Below are positions 1 to 9,225 of a stretch of DNA of 36,643 nucleotides, one piece after another. Position 1 is the first letter of the stretch, and the number at the start of each line of letters is the position of its first letter. The stretch is taken from positions 1 to 36,643 of the forward strand of contig DZBC01000001.1 of assembly GCA_022729835.1 (NCBI GenBank), in the 5' to 3' direction. Origin of the DNA: Sulfuricurvum sp. (lineage in GTDB: Bacteria > Campylobacterota > Campylobacteria > Campylobacterales > Sulfurimonadaceae). Both the position numbers and the translations under genes were made by a program. Below the pieces are notes generated by a model. The model was not told where the DNA came from, made no database searches, and saw nothing but the letters and a program-made list of their open reading frames with translations.

Positions 1-153
1 GAAGCGGGCCCGCAACGGGAGGGAAAGATCAGTGAAGAGGACATTTTGGCGCTTGATCTACCCAAAAAACTAGCCGCCAGACTGATCTGCAAGATCACCG
101 GCGAGAACCCAAAAGCCTGTTATGCACGGCTAATTGATCTTGAGGTAAAATAA
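1..153 (+). CDS. 3' end of a gene that starts upstream of the window; possibly 16S rRNA 2'-O-methyltransferase RsmI
   Basis: Frame 1 is open from nt 1 to TAA at 151-153: ...EEDILALDLPKKLAARLICKITGENPKACYARLIDLEVK. The tail resembles the RsmI C-terminus by recollection only. Confidence 0.35.
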   Translation, partial: EAGPQREGKISEEDILALDLPKKLAARLICKITGENPKACYARLIDLEVK

Positions 154-158
154 CAACC

Positions 159-842
159 ATGCTTATTTACGGAAAACAGCCCATTTATCATCTTATTGAG
201 CGTCATCCATCACGGATTCAAACCCTGTTTTTGGCTAAAGAGCTTGAAGCCAAAGAGTACAACCGAATCATGCGGTTGGGTTTTGAGGTCAAGCGCATTC
301 CCCAAAACGCCGCGCAGGTGATGAGCAAAAACGGAAACCATCAGGGCTTTTTGGCAGAAGTCGAAGCGGTGGAGCCTAGTGTGCTTTCAGACCTGCATCA
401 GCCTCAGTTCATTGTTTTACTCTCGGGGGTCACCGATGTGGGCAATATCGGTGCGATCATCCGTAGCGCTTATGCTTTGGGTGTGGATGCCCTGGCTGTC
501 TGTGGGATCAGGTCGCTTGGACTCGAGGGGATAGCGCGCAGCTCTTCTGGTGCGTTGTTTGAGTTGCCATTGATCGTGGAGCACAATATTTTAGATCTTA
601 TCAATGAGCTTAAAACCCAAGGCTTTACCTTTTATGGCGCGGATATGCAGGGTGCAGATATACGTGATGCAGTCATGATGCCCAAGAGGGCGCTCGTTTT
701 GGGCAACGAAGGTGAAGGGATTGCGCCGCGCGTTGCGGCAAAAATAGAGTATAAGGTGCGTATTTCGATGGCGCATGAGTTTGATTCGCTCAACGTCAGC
801 GCGGCGGGAGCGATTATGATGGACAGGATGAGATATGCGTGA
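159..842 (+). CDS. TrmH/SpoU family RNA 2'-O-methyltransferase (RlmB-like, group 3)
   Basis: 227 aa. The N-terminal YGKQPIYHLI substrate-binding-type segment is followed by the SpoU motifs DVGNIGAIIRSA, LVLGNEGEGI and SLNVSAAGAI. Confidence 0.85.
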   Translation: MLIYGKQPIYHLIERHPSRIQTLFLAKELEAKEYNRIMRLGFEVKRIPQNAAQVMSKNGNHQGFLAEVEAVEPSVLSDLHQPQFIVLLSGVTDVGNIGAIIRSAYALGVDALAVCGIRSLGLEGIARSSSGALFELPLIVEHNILDLINELKTQGFTFYGADMQGADIRDAVMMPKRALVLGNEGEGIAPRVAAKIEYKVRISMAHEFDSLNVSAAGAIMMDRMRYA

Positions 843-1719
843 TGTACTCGAAGGACTCAAAGGGCTTGATACTGAAGCGATAGTGCAGCGGACGAAAATT
901 TCGCACAGTAATATTGTTAAAATGTTAGGACGTGATTTTGGTGCATTCAAAAAAGTGCAATTTTTTGGCTTTATATCGATTCTCGAGCGTGAATATCGTG
1001 TTGATCTACATTCGCTTAGAGAAGAGTACTTAGAGGCTTCAGCACTAGAACAGCCGACATCGCTACATCCTGAATATTTTTTGGGTGCGCCGAGAAAACG
1101 CTCATTGGGAAAGCTGTGGGGTATCGCTCTTTTGTTTTTGGTAGGGCTTGTCGTCTATATGCTGTTGCCGCAGACACCCCAAACGCCTCATCTGGTGTTG
1201 CCCGAAACAGAGCATCCTCTGATCGTAAAAGCCAAAGAACAGCTTGAAGCGGCGCGACAACAAGAGTCTCTTGAGGAGAACAATACACAATATCCTGAGC
1301 CGATAATGCCTGAAAAGATGGAAGTGCAGAGTGGGATTTTGGAACCAGAAACCAATGCTACCCTACAAGAAGAGCAAGCGGTAGCACCCATTGTCACAGC
1401 GGCGGAGAAGGTGATGACACCTACGCCATCAAATGTTGAGGCCGAGCTGGTGCTTATCCCTTCGAGACGCCTTTGGTTGGGAATTATTGATATGGATGAT
1501 GGAACAAAAATACAGACCGTGACGCAAGACCCTTATGAGATTAATGCGACGAAACGATGGCGTATGGTTTTGGGACACGGCTATGTGGAGGTACGTATCA
1601 ACGGAGAGACTAAGACATATCAAACTCCGGAAAAATTGTGGCTTGCCTATGAAAACGGCAGACTCGATGAGTTGGATGCGGAGACTTTTCGCCAACAAAA
1701 CGGCGGTAAATCGTGGTAA
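835..1719 (+). CDS. RodZ-like membrane protein (N-terminal HTH-like segment, one TM helix, C-terminal DUF4115-like domain)
   Basis: 294 aa; overlaps the upstream stop by 8 nt. A single hydrophobic helix (LWGIALLFLVGLVVYMLL) and a C-terminal LWLGIID...VLGHGYVEVRINGE block are typical of RodZ C-domains. Confidence 0.5.
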   Translation: MRDVLEGLKGLDTEAIVQRTKISHSNIVKMLGRDFGAFKKVQFFGFISILEREYRVDLHSLREEYLEASALEQPTSLHPEYFLGAPRKRSLGKLWGIALLFLVGLVVYMLLPQTPQTPHLVLPETEHPLIVKAKEQLEAARQQESLEENNTQYPEPIMPEKMEVQSGILEPETNATLQEEQAVAPIVTAAEKVMTPTPSNVEAELVLIPSRRLWLGIIDMDDGTKIQTVTQDPYEINATKRWRMVLGHGYVEVRINGETKTYQTPEKLWLAYENGRLDELDAETFRQQNGGKSW

Positions 1720-2537
1720 AAAAAGCCCTTTTTTGGTGGGCTTTGTTGGGATCGATGCTTTGGGCTGAGAGTGTTATGCAGGAGAAAATCCGCTCTTTTG
1801 TTGAGCCTGAGGTGTATGAGAAAAACCGCGCATTTATAGCGACGATTTTTCAAGATGAGACTGCATATTATCAAAACGAGCGTCTAGATGTGGTTAGAAT
1901 TGCTCAAACCTTACGCGATAACGGCTTATTGGGACTCTTTTTTGATGCGCCTACGTCAATGAAGTTGACTTTTCACAGCAGTGGATCACCACTTTTTTTT
2001 GTGAAAGTGATGGGGGATGCTCTGCGGGATTTGGGCTACTATCGGTATATGACTGAATACTCCAAAAACGATGTTGAAGGGTTTATATGGACCATTTCCC
2101 TCACCTCGGAATATGCTACGGACCCGACCGCGCTGCAGCGTGAACTTCGCAAGCGAGGCTGTGATATCGCGGATATGCGTCGGATCAATACGCACGAGTG
2201 GCACTATGATATTGATATGCACGATGCCCGCTTAGAGGTGGGTGAACTCACAGTGGGGGCTCAGGTGGAGCTCAAAAGTACACTTTCGCCCCACTGGGTC
2301 AATGTGTCAAAAGTCAAGACGCTGATGCTTACCAGCCTCAAAGCCAATCAGTGGCATCCGTATATTGCTTTTTATGACGGGAAAATGCGTCTGCTTAAAA
2401 TCTACCAGCGCGATGAAAAGACATGGCAGATTAAAATCCAGCTCCCCCGTGATACTGTTTATGCCAAAATTAGTGACCTCTATCATTTGAAAAACATCAA
2501 AGAAGGTTTACAAATCGAGGCGCTTGGCGAGAAGTGA
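1713..2537 (+). CDS. secreted/periplasmic hypothetical protein
   Basis: 274 aa. The GTG start overlaps the upstream stop (GTGGTAA). The N-terminal signal-like peptide is MVKKALFWWALLGSMLWA. I recognise no family. Confidence 0.55.
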   Translation: MVKKALFWWALLGSMLWAESVMQEKIRSFVEPEVYEKNRAFIATIFQDETAYYQNERLDVVRIAQTLRDNGLLGLFFDAPTSMKLTFHSSGSPLFFVKVMGDALRDLGYYRYMTEYSKNDVEGFIWTISLTSEYATDPTALQRELRKRGCDIADMRRINTHEWHYDIDMHDARLEVGELTVGAQVELKSTLSPHWVNVSKVKTLMLTSLKANQWHPYIAFYDGKMRLLKIYQRDEKTWQIKIQLPRDTVYAKISDLYHLKNIKEGLQIEALGEK

Positions 2538-2555
2538 GTGGCCGGGGCAAGGTTG

Positions 2556-2564
2556 TGCTAGAAT
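2556..2564 (+). promoter_or_regulatory. candidate extended -10 promoter (TGcTAGAAT) for the aminotransferase-hom pair
   Basis: TGCTAGAAT lies 30 nt upstream of the ATG at 2595, in the 57-nt spacer after the previous stop. Confidence 0.35.
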
Positions 2565-2594
2565 GTCAACCACAATTTTCCTACAGGTACACCA

Positions 2595-3821
2595 ATGTTT
2601 GATGAGATAGAGTTCGATCGGATAAAACGCCTTCCTAAGTATGTGTTCGCACAAGTCAACGAGTTGAAAATGGCTGAGCGACGTGCAGGTGCCGACGTGA
2701 TTGACTTTAGTATGGGTAATCCAGATGGAGACACCCCGGAGCATATCCGAGCAAAGTTGATTGAATCGGCGCAAAAAACCAAGACCCACGGCTATTCGGC
2801 TTCCAAGGGCATTTACAAACTCAGATTGGCCATTTGCGATTGGTATAAACGCCGATATGACGTTGATATCGACCCTGAGACTGAAGCGGTCGCAACCATG
2901 GGTTCTAAAGAGGGGTATGCGCATCTAGCCTACGCGATCACCAACCCCGGCGATGTGGCAGTTGTCCCCGATCCGACCTATCCGATCCACTCTTACGGTT
3001 TTATTCTTGCCGGTGGTAATGTCCAAAAAATGAAACTTCCCTTCGATGAAGATTACAATGTCGATGAAGATCAGTTTTTCCTCAATCTGGAGACTGCCTT
3101 CAAAGACTCTTTCCCCCGGCCCAAATTTGTGGTCGTCAATTTCCCGCACAATCCTTCGACGGCGACCGTCACGCCTCATTTTTATGAGCGTTTGGTGGCT
3201 ATGGCGAAAAAAGAGCGCTTTTACGTTATCAGTGACATCGCGTATGGAGACATTACGTTTCGCGGATACAAGACGCCGTCGATCATGTCTGTTCCCGGAG
3301 CTAAAGATGTGGCAATTGAGAGTTTTACCCTCTCTAAGAGCTATAACATGGCCGGTTGGCGTGTCGGCTTTTTTGTTGGTAACAAGAAACTGATTGGGGC
3401 GCTGCAGAAGATCAAATCTTGGCTGGATTATGGGATGTTTACACCGATTCAGGTGGCAGCAACGATTGCGCTTAATGGAGATCAAAGTTGTGTCGATGAG
3501 ATTGTTGATAAATACGATAAGCGCCAAGATGCCTTAATTGATGCCTTCAGCCGCGCTGGATGGCCGATTCGTCGTAATCAGGCATCAATGTTTGTTTGGG
3601 CGAAGATACCCGATTGTGCAGCCCATTTGGGATCGCTGGAGTTTGCAAAGCGCCTTTTGGTTGAAGCGCAGGTCGCGGTGGCTCCGGGCATCGGTTTTGG
3701 GGAGTATGGCGAGGGGTATGTGCGTATTGCTTTGATCGAAAATGAAAAGCGCATTCGCCAGGCGGCAAAAAACATCAAGCGGTTCTTATGCCAGTTTGAG
3801 GGTGCCGAGGAGTGTGAATGA
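2595..3821 (+). CDS. class I/II PLP-dependent aminotransferase, AlaC/YfdZ-like
   Basis: 408 aa. The N-terminus IKRLPKYVFAQVNELKMAERRAGADVIDFSMGNPDGDTP closely parallels E. coli AlaC. The PLP-lysine motif SKSYNMAGWRVG is present. Confidence 0.85.
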   Translation: MFDEIEFDRIKRLPKYVFAQVNELKMAERRAGADVIDFSMGNPDGDTPEHIRAKLIESAQKTKTHGYSASKGIYKLRLAICDWYKRRYDVDIDPETEAVATMGSKEGYAHLAYAITNPGDVAVVPDPTYPIHSYGFILAGGNVQKMKLPFDEDYNVDEDQFFLNLETAFKDSFPRPKFVVVNFPHNPSTATVTPHFYERLVAMAKKERFYVISDIAYGDITFRGYKTPSIMSVPGAKDVAIESFTLSKSYNMAGWRVGFFVGNKKLIGALQKIKSWLDYGMFTPIQVAATIALNGDQSCVDEIVDKYDKRQDALIDAFSRAGWPIRRNQASMFVWAKIPDCAAHLGSLEFAKRLLVEAQVAVAPGIGFGEYGEGYVRIALIENEKRIRQAAKNIKRFLCQFEGAEECE

Positions 3822-5080
3822 TACGCGTTGGAGTGATCGGCGTAGGGACGGTTGGGACATCGGTTGTTAAGATTCTCGAAGAGAATAGCGACATTATCGA
3901 GGCACGTGCAGGTAGCAAGATTGTTGTAAAAGCGGGAGCTGTGCGTTCGCTTGAAAAAGAGCGTGGCCTCTCTATCCCGCTGACAACCGATCCTTATGAC
4001 ATCGTCAACGATCCTGAAATTGATATTGTGGTAGAGCTGATGGGTGGAGCCGAAGCGCCTTATGAGGTGGTGAAGCAGGCGTTGCAAAATGGTAAGGCCG
4101 TTGTGACTGCCAACAAGGCGATGCTCGCGTATCACCGCTATGAACTCCAAGACTTCGCAGGAGATATTCCTTTTGAGTTTGAAGCCAGCGTTGCCGGTGG
4201 AATACCGATAATCAATGCACTTCGTGATGGACTCTCGGCAAACCATATCGAATCAATCGTTGGGATTATGAACGGTACATGTAACTATATGCTCAGTAAG
4301 ATGATGCATGAGGGCGTGGCGTTTGATGTGATTTTAAAAGAAGCTCAGGCGCTGGGCTACGCGGAGGCTAATCCGACTTTTGATATCGGTGGATTCGATG
4401 CCGCCCACAAGCTTCTAATTTTGGCATCGATTGCTTATGGTATCGACGCCAAACCTGAAGATATCCTTATTGAAGGCATCGAAGCAGTGACGCAAGATGA
4501 TATCTATTTTGCCAAAGAATTCGGCTATGTTTTGAAGCTTCTGGCTATTGCCAAACGTGACGGTGACGAGGTTGAGCTTCGTGTGCATGCCGCTTTGATT
4601 GATGCAAATGAAATGATTGCCAAGATCGACGGGGTGATGAACGGTATTAGTGTTGTAGGTGACAAAGTGGGCGAGACACTTTATTATGGCCCTGGCGCAG
4701 GCGGCGATGCTACAGCGAGTGCAGTCATTGCCAATATTATCGATATCGCTAGGTCGGGGCGTAAAAGTCGGCCGATGCTTGGATTTAACCGTCCTCTTGA
4801 GCATGGATTGCGTCTCAAAGCAAAAGATGCGATTCGCTCCAAATATTATTTGCGCCTTAAGGTGGTTGATGAACCCGGTGTCCTTGCGCAGATTAGTAAG
4901 ATTTTCGGTGAACAGACTATTTCGATTGCGGCGATGTTACAAAACAGTATCGACAGCCGTTATGCCAACTTGCTTATTTCAACCCACACGGCCCATGAGC
5001 GTGATATCCAAAAAGTGCTTTTGGAGCTAGAGGGACTTCATTTTGTTGCTGCAAAACCCGTCATGATTCGCATTGTGTGA
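3818..5080 (+). CDS. hom: homoserine dehydrogenase
   Basis: 420 aa. The ATGA start/stop overlaps the upstream gene. It has the Rossmann motif VGVIGVGTVGTSV, the catalytic-domain motifs ANKA and GIMNGTCNYM, and a C-terminal ACT-like domain (YYLRLKVVDEPGVLAQISKIF). Confidence 0.9.
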   Translation: MIRVGVIGVGTVGTSVVKILEENSDIIEARAGSKIVVKAGAVRSLEKERGLSIPLTTDPYDIVNDPEIDIVVELMGGAEAPYEVVKQALQNGKAVVTANKAMLAYHRYELQDFAGDIPFEFEASVAGGIPIINALRDGLSANHIESIVGIMNGTCNYMLSKMMHEGVAFDVILKEAQALGYAEANPTFDIGGFDAAHKLLILASIAYGIDAKPEDILIEGIEAVTQDDIYFAKEFGYVLKLLAIAKRDGDEVELRVHAALIDANEMIAKIDGVMNGISVVGDKVGETLYYGPGAGGDATASAVIANIIDIARSGRKSRPMLGFNRPLEHGLRLKAKDAIRSKYYLRLKVVDEPGVLAQISKIFGEQTISIAAMLQNSIDSRYANLLISTHTAHERDIQKVLLELEGLHFVAAKPVMIRIV

Positions 5081-5257
5081 ATTATGACCTCATTTTAATA
5101 TTATTTTTACCTTAATTTAGATAGCATACGCTTCCGTTTTGCCTTACTAGGACAAATTTGTTGAATGTTTGTCGATACCTGAGGGTATCCGCAAGTATTG
5201 GTGCTGCGTCGGCGCACCTACATGTAAGGATAAGCGAAGCCAATTTTGGAGCTTACC
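5081..5257 (+). promoter_or_regulatory. promoter plus long leader region of the rpmJ-rplQ ribosomal/rpoA operon (boundaries not defined)
   Basis: This 177-nt spacer has an AT-rich stretch containing TAATAT (5096-5101). It also has the hairpin GATACC-TGAG-GGTATC (5174-5189), a second GC stem GGTGC...GCACC (5200-5218) and a palindrome copy at 5219-5227. Confidence 0.3.
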
Positions 5258-5371
5258 ATGAAAGTACGTTCTTCGGTAAAGAAGATGTGTGATGACTGCA
5301 AGGTGATCAAACGTAAAGGAATTGTAAGAGTAATCTGCAAAACCCCTAAACACAAACAGAGACAAGGATAA
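5258..5371 (+). CDS. rpmJ: 50S ribosomal protein L36
   Basis: This 38-codon ORF is absent from the ORF track: [37 protein letters not shown]. It has the C-x2-C-x12-C-x4-H zinc-ribbon pattern and ends 2 nt before rpsM. Confidence 0.93.
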   Translation: MKVRSSVKKMCDDCKVIKRKGIVRVICKTPKHKQRQG

Positions 5372-5373
5372 GT

Positions 5374-5736
5374 ATGGCACGTATCGCTGGTGTAGACTTG
5401 CCCAAGAAAAAAAGAGTTGAGTATGGATTGACCTATGTTTATGGCATCGGTTTGCATACTTCACGCCTCATTCTCGACGCAGCCGGTATCAATTACAACA
5501 AGCGCGTTTATGAACTGAGTGAAGATGACGTTGCGAATATTACCAGAGAGATTCGTGCCAAGCACACGGTCGAGGGTGACCTGCGCAAACAAGTAGCTAT
5601 GGACATCAAAGCATTGATGGACCTTGGAAGCTACCGTGGACTTCGTCATCGAAAAGGATTGCCATGCCGTGGCCAAAGCACGAAAACCAATGCGCGTACA
5701 CGCAAAGGCAAACGTAAAACTGTCGGTTCGGCGTGA
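5374..5736 (+). CDS. rpsM: 30S ribosomal protein S13
   Basis: 120 aa. [26 protein letters not shown]... is canonical S13, and the operon position is conserved. Confidence 0.97.
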   Translation: MARIAGVDLPKKKRVEYGLTYVYGIGLHTSRLILDAAGINYNKRVYELSEDDVANITREIRAKHTVEGDLRKQVAMDIKALMDLGSYRGLRHRKGLPCRGQSTKTNARTRKGKRKTVGSA

Positions 5737-5748
5737 GGATAACAACAG

Positions 5749-6141
5749 ATGGCAAAAAGAAAAGTAACTCGTAAAAAAGTTGTTAAAAAAAATATTGCGC
5801 GCGGAGTGATTCACATTTTTGCTTCGTTCAACAACACGCTGGTCACCATCACTGATGAGATGGGGAACATGATCGCATGGAGTTCAGCCGGAAGCCTAGG
5901 CTTTAAAGGCAGCAAAAAGTCAACTCCGTTTGCTGCTCAGGCAGCAGTTGAGGCAGCAGTTGAAAAAGCAAAAATCCATGGCCTCAAAGAGCTCGGTATC
6001 AGAGTGCAAGGCCCAGGATCGGGTCGTGAAACTGCTGTTAAATCTGTCGGTACAATCGAGGGTATCCGTGTTACATTCATGAAAGATGTAACTCCGCTGC
6101 CACACAACGGTTGTCGCGCACCAAAACGTCGTAGAGTCTAA
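5749..6141 (+). CDS. rpsK: 30S ribosomal protein S11
   Basis: 130 aa. [18 protein letters not shown]...[17 protein letters not shown] is canonical S11. Confidence 0.97.
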   Translation: MAKRKVTRKKVVKKNIARGVIHIFASFNNTLVTITDEMGNMIAWSSAGSLGFKGSKKSTPFAAQAAVEAAVEKAKIHGLKELGIRVQGPGSGRETAVKSVGTIEGIRVTFMKDVTPLPHNGCRAPKRRRV

Positions 6142-6153
6142 GGAGGATCACCA

Positions 6154-6780
6154 ATGGCAAGATACAGAGGTCCAGTAGAAAAAATCGAAAGAAGATTCGG
6201 CGTCAGTCTCAATCTTAAGGGTGAGCGCCGCTTGGCCGGTAAATCGGCACTAGACAAGCGTCCTTATGCACCAGGCCAGCACGGTCAACGTCGCAAAAAG
6301 CCTTCAGAATATGGACTCCAGCTCAACGAGAAGCAAAAAGCCAAGTTCATGTATGGTCTTTCCGAAAAGCAAATGCAAGCAGTATTTGCTGAAGCGAAGC
6401 GCCGTACAGGGAATACAGGTATCAACCTTGTCACCCTGCTTGAGCAGCGTCTTGACAACGTGGTTTACCGCATGGGCTTTGCTACAACCCGTCGCTTTGC
6501 ACGCCAATTGGTCAATCATGGCCATGTTATCGTAGATGGACAGCGTGTGGATATCCCTTCGTACCGCGTCAAACCGGGTCAGAAAGTGGAGATCCACGAG
6601 AAGAGTAAGAAAAATGTTCAAGTAGTTCGTGCGCTTGAGTTGACCAACCAGACAGGTTTGGCACCGTGGGTTGATATCGACGCTGAGAAAGTGTTCGGTA
6701 TTTTTACACGTCTTCCTGAGCGAGAAGAGGTTGTTATCCCGGTTGAAGAACGTCTGATCGTTGAGCTTTACTCGAAATAA
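6154..6780 (+). CDS. rpsD: 30S ribosomal protein S4
   Basis: 208 aa. [19 protein letters not shown]...[29 protein letters not shown] is canonical S4 with an S4 RNA-binding domain. Confidence 0.97.
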   Translation: MARYRGPVEKIERRFGVSLNLKGERRLAGKSALDKRPYAPGQHGQRRKKPSEYGLQLNEKQKAKFMYGLSEKQMQAVFAEAKRRTGNTGINLVTLLEQRLDNVVYRMGFATTRRFARQLVNHGHVIVDGQRVDIPSYRVKPGQKVEIHEKSKKNVQVVRALELTNQTGLAPWVDIDAEKVFGIFTRLPEREEVVIPVEERLIVELYSK

Positions 6781-6805
6781 TTTATAACAATAAAGGCACT
6801 GACGC

Positions 6806-7798
6806 ATGAACAAAATCAAAACATCGCCGCTTCTTCCGCAAGAGTTTGTCGTTGAGCAGGTTAGTGAGAACGAAGCCAATGTCATAGCCTATCCGTTTGA
6901 AACCGGATATGCTGTTTCGTTGGCACATCCTCTCCGCCGCTTTTTGCTCAGTAGCTCTGTAGGATTTGCACCAGTCGCCATCAAAATTGAGGGTGCTCAG
7001 CATGAATTTGATTCTGTGCGCGGTATGCTCGAGGATATTTCTGATTTTATCATCAATCTAAAAGGCGTGCGCTTCAAGCTAAAAAACAATGCCAAAGAGG
7101 TTGAAATATCATATAGCTTTATCGGACCCTGCGAGATTAAGGGTGGCGATCTTGGTGGTGAAAGCGTCGAAATAGTTACACCCGACGCTTTCTTGGCCAC
7201 ACTGAACGAAGATGCAACATTGAATTTTTCATTGAAAATTTATCAGGGGATTGGGTATGTGCCTAGTGAGGATATCCGTGATCAGCTTGATGACGGATAT
7301 ATCGCACTGGATGCTTATTTTACGCCTGTTCGAAGAGCCACGTACAAAATAGAGAACGTGCTTGTAGAAGACAACCCGAATTTTGAAAAAGTGATCCTCA
7401 ATATCGTCACGGACGGGCAGATTAGCCCACATGAAGCGTTCAAGAATGCACTGCAGGTGATGTATGCTCAACTTTCTGTATTCAACAGTGAGATCAGCAT
7501 ACAAATGCCTACATCGATAGAGCGTTCAGAAGAGACGCCAGAACTTAGAAGATTGATGGGTAGAATCGATGAACTTGGCCTGAGTGCGCGCAGTTTTAAC
7601 TGTCTAGATCGCTCCAGTATCAAATACATCGGTGAAATTGTCATGATGAGCCAAAATGATTTGAAAAATGTCAAAAATCTTGGCAAAAAATCATATGAAG
7701 AGATTGTCGAAAAAATCGAAGAGTACGGCTTTAGCGTAGGTGCTGAGTTGCCTAGCGATCTTCTTTCGACATTAAAAAAGAAAATTGAAGCTGAATAA
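6806..7798 (+). CDS. rpoA: DNA-directed RNA polymerase subunit alpha
   Basis: 330 aa. It has the N-terminal assembly domain and the C-terminal domain motif [23 protein letters not shown], and sits between rpsD and rplQ. Confidence 0.96.
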   Translation: MNKIKTSPLLPQEFVVEQVSENEANVIAYPFETGYAVSLAHPLRRFLLSSSVGFAPVAIKIEGAQHEFDSVRGMLEDISDFIINLKGVRFKLKNNAKEVEISYSFIGPCEIKGGDLGGESVEIVTPDAFLATLNEDATLNFSLKIYQGIGYVPSEDIRDQLDDGYIALDAYFTPVRRATYKIENVLVEDNPNFEKVILNIVTDGQISPHEAFKNALQVMYAQLSVFNSEISIQMPTSIERSEETPELRRLMGRIDELGLSARSFNCLDRSSIKYIGEIVMMSQNDLKNVKNLGKKSYEEIVEKIEEYGFSVGAELPSDLLSTLKKKIEAE

Positions 7799-7807
7799 GG
7801 ATACCCA

Positions 7808-8158
7808 ATGAGACACCGTCATGGATACCGCAAACTGGGGCGCACCAGTGCACACCGCGCTGCTCTGCTTAAAAACCTCACGATTGCATTAGTCGAAAGT
7901 GGAAAAATTGAAACGACATTGCCAAAAGCAAAAGAGCTTCGCTCTTATGTCGAAAAATTGATTACTACTGCCGGAAAAGGTGATGCAAACGCACACCGCG
8001 CTATTTTCGCTTCATTGCAAAATAAAGAAGCTACGAAAAAGCTGGTCAATGAGATCGGCCCAAAATATGTAGAACGCCCAGGCGGCTACACCCGTATTAC
8101 CCGCACCCGTATTCGCCGCGGTGATGCGACTACTATGGCATTTGTCGAACTCGTCTAA
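7808..8158 (+). CDS. rplQ: 50S ribosomal protein L17
   Basis: 116 aa. [24 protein letters not shown]... is canonical L17. Confidence 0.97.
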   Translation: MRHRHGYRKLGRTSAHRAALLKNLTIALVESGKIETTLPKAKELRSYVEKLITTAGKGDANAHRAIFASLQNKEATKKLVNEIGPKYVERPGGYTRITRTRIRRGDATTMAFVELV

Positions 8159-8170
8159 GAGTTCGGCACC

Positions 8171-8190
8171 CATCCCCCTCCATCCCCCTC
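8171..8190. repeat. tandem direct repeat, 2 x CATCCCCCTC
   Basis: Two adjacent identical decamers lie 13 nt after the rplQ stop, in a C-rich stretch with no obvious hairpin. Confidence 0.9.
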
Positions 8191-8305
8191 GCAGGCGCTA
8201 CATATAACGTGCTACATTAACAAGCTTCGTTTACCTCCCTTTTTTTATGGCGTGTTAAGCGAGTTTGCCCTATTTTTCGGGACAGTTTATCAAAGGTTAA
8301 AATAG

Positions 8306-8581
8306 ATGATTCCATTTAGTGACGAAGAGTTGATAGCGCCGGTCCGTCGTGTAATTGAAAAGGTTCGCCCGACACTGGCACTAGACGGTGGGGATATTGA
8401 TTTCATCACCGTCAAAAACGGCGTTGTGTATGTTCAGCTCAAAGGAGCCTGTGTTGGTTGCGGAAGCAGCGGCAATACGCTTAAGTATGGTGTCGAACGC
8501 CACTTGCGCATAGAGATTCATCCTGAATTAACGGTCGTGAATGTACCATTCGGAATGGAAAATCAGATCGACAATCTTTAG
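8306..8581 (+). CDS. NifU C-terminal-domain (Nfu-type) Fe-S cluster protein
   Basis: 91 aa. VRPTLALDGGDIDFITVKNGVVYVQLKGACVGCGSS carries the CxxC motif typical of the NifU_C/Nfu domain. Confidence 0.85.
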   Translation: MIPFSDEELIAPVRRVIEKVRPTLALDGGDIDFITVKNGVVYVQLKGACVGCGSSGNTLKYGVERHLRIEIHPELTVVNVPFGMENQIDNL

Positions 8582-8637
8582 CATCCCTTGTTTTTTCCGA
8601 TATTTTATTCAAGAAATGATCCATTCAGGAGTGTGAG

Positions 8638-9225
8638 ATGAAAACTATCAATAAATTTAAAGCCCTCACCACAGCTAATGATAGCTTCAATAAGGCTGAT
8701 TACGCTCAGGCCTTGCGGAATTACGCTTTGGTGCTCAAAGACCATCCAAACTCCAAAGAGGCGTACAACGGTGCTATTCTTGCCGAGATGGCCATGAGTG
8801 GGGAGTTGAGTGCCGTTGCATTGTTTGATTACTATGAAGTACTTCGAAGCGAAAATGCAGATGAAGCCGATCTAATAATGAGTGAAATACTTAGTTCTAT
8901 GGATGGCACTCTTGATGAAATAGCCCAACTCATTTCAAACCCGTCGAAGCATCGTGTGGAACTTGAAAATGGCATTAGTTATACAGAATTTAAAATGCTT
9001 GTTGAAGAGGAAGGTGATTTCAAACGTATTTTTGAAAACATAATGTTCTCGACGAGGGTTATTATTACTGAAAAAGAGGATTTTTTAGATTTTTTAGAAG
9101 AACTTGTAGCCCACGGTTTTTCTGAAATGGCGATAAGCTATGTCGAGAGCGCACTCTCGGTTTATAAAAATGATCCGAAGCTCACGCGTGTTTTTGAAAT
9201 GATACGCTTTAAGGCGCATAATTGA
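8638..9225 (+). CDS. hypothetical protein with a TPR-like N-terminal segment
   Basis: 195 aa. A SD-like CAGGAG lies upstream. DYAQALRNYALVLKDHPNSKEAYNGAILAEMA is TPR-like. I recognise no family. Confidence 0.5.
   Translation: MKTINKFKALTTANDSFNKADYAQALRNYALVLKDHPNSKEAYNGAILAEMAMSGELSAVALFDYYEVLRSENADEADLIMSEILSSMDGTLDEIAQLISNPSKHRVELENGISYTEFKMLVEEEGDFKRIFENIMFSTRVIITEKEDFLDFLEELVAHGFSEMAISYVESALSVYKNDPKLTRVFEMIRFKAHN

Noticed and set aside
2925-4246. Long minus-strand ORFs (2925-3527, 200 aa; 3578-4246, 222 aa) antisense to the aminotransferase and hom genes
   Set aside because: They lie fully inside strongly supported plus-strand genes. Their composition is Arg/Ile/His-rich and they contain no recognisable motifs. 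They are typical shadow ORFs.
6304-6885. A 193-aa minus-strand ORF across rpsD, plus similar antisense ORFs over rpmJ/rpsM (5147-5464, 5461-5814), rpoA, tkt/trmH (15129-15860), pgk, tpiA/fabI (18939-19364) and others
   Set aside because: They are antisense to canonical, highly conserved genes, have no SD sequences and encode low-complexity peptides. I treat them as shadow ORFs.
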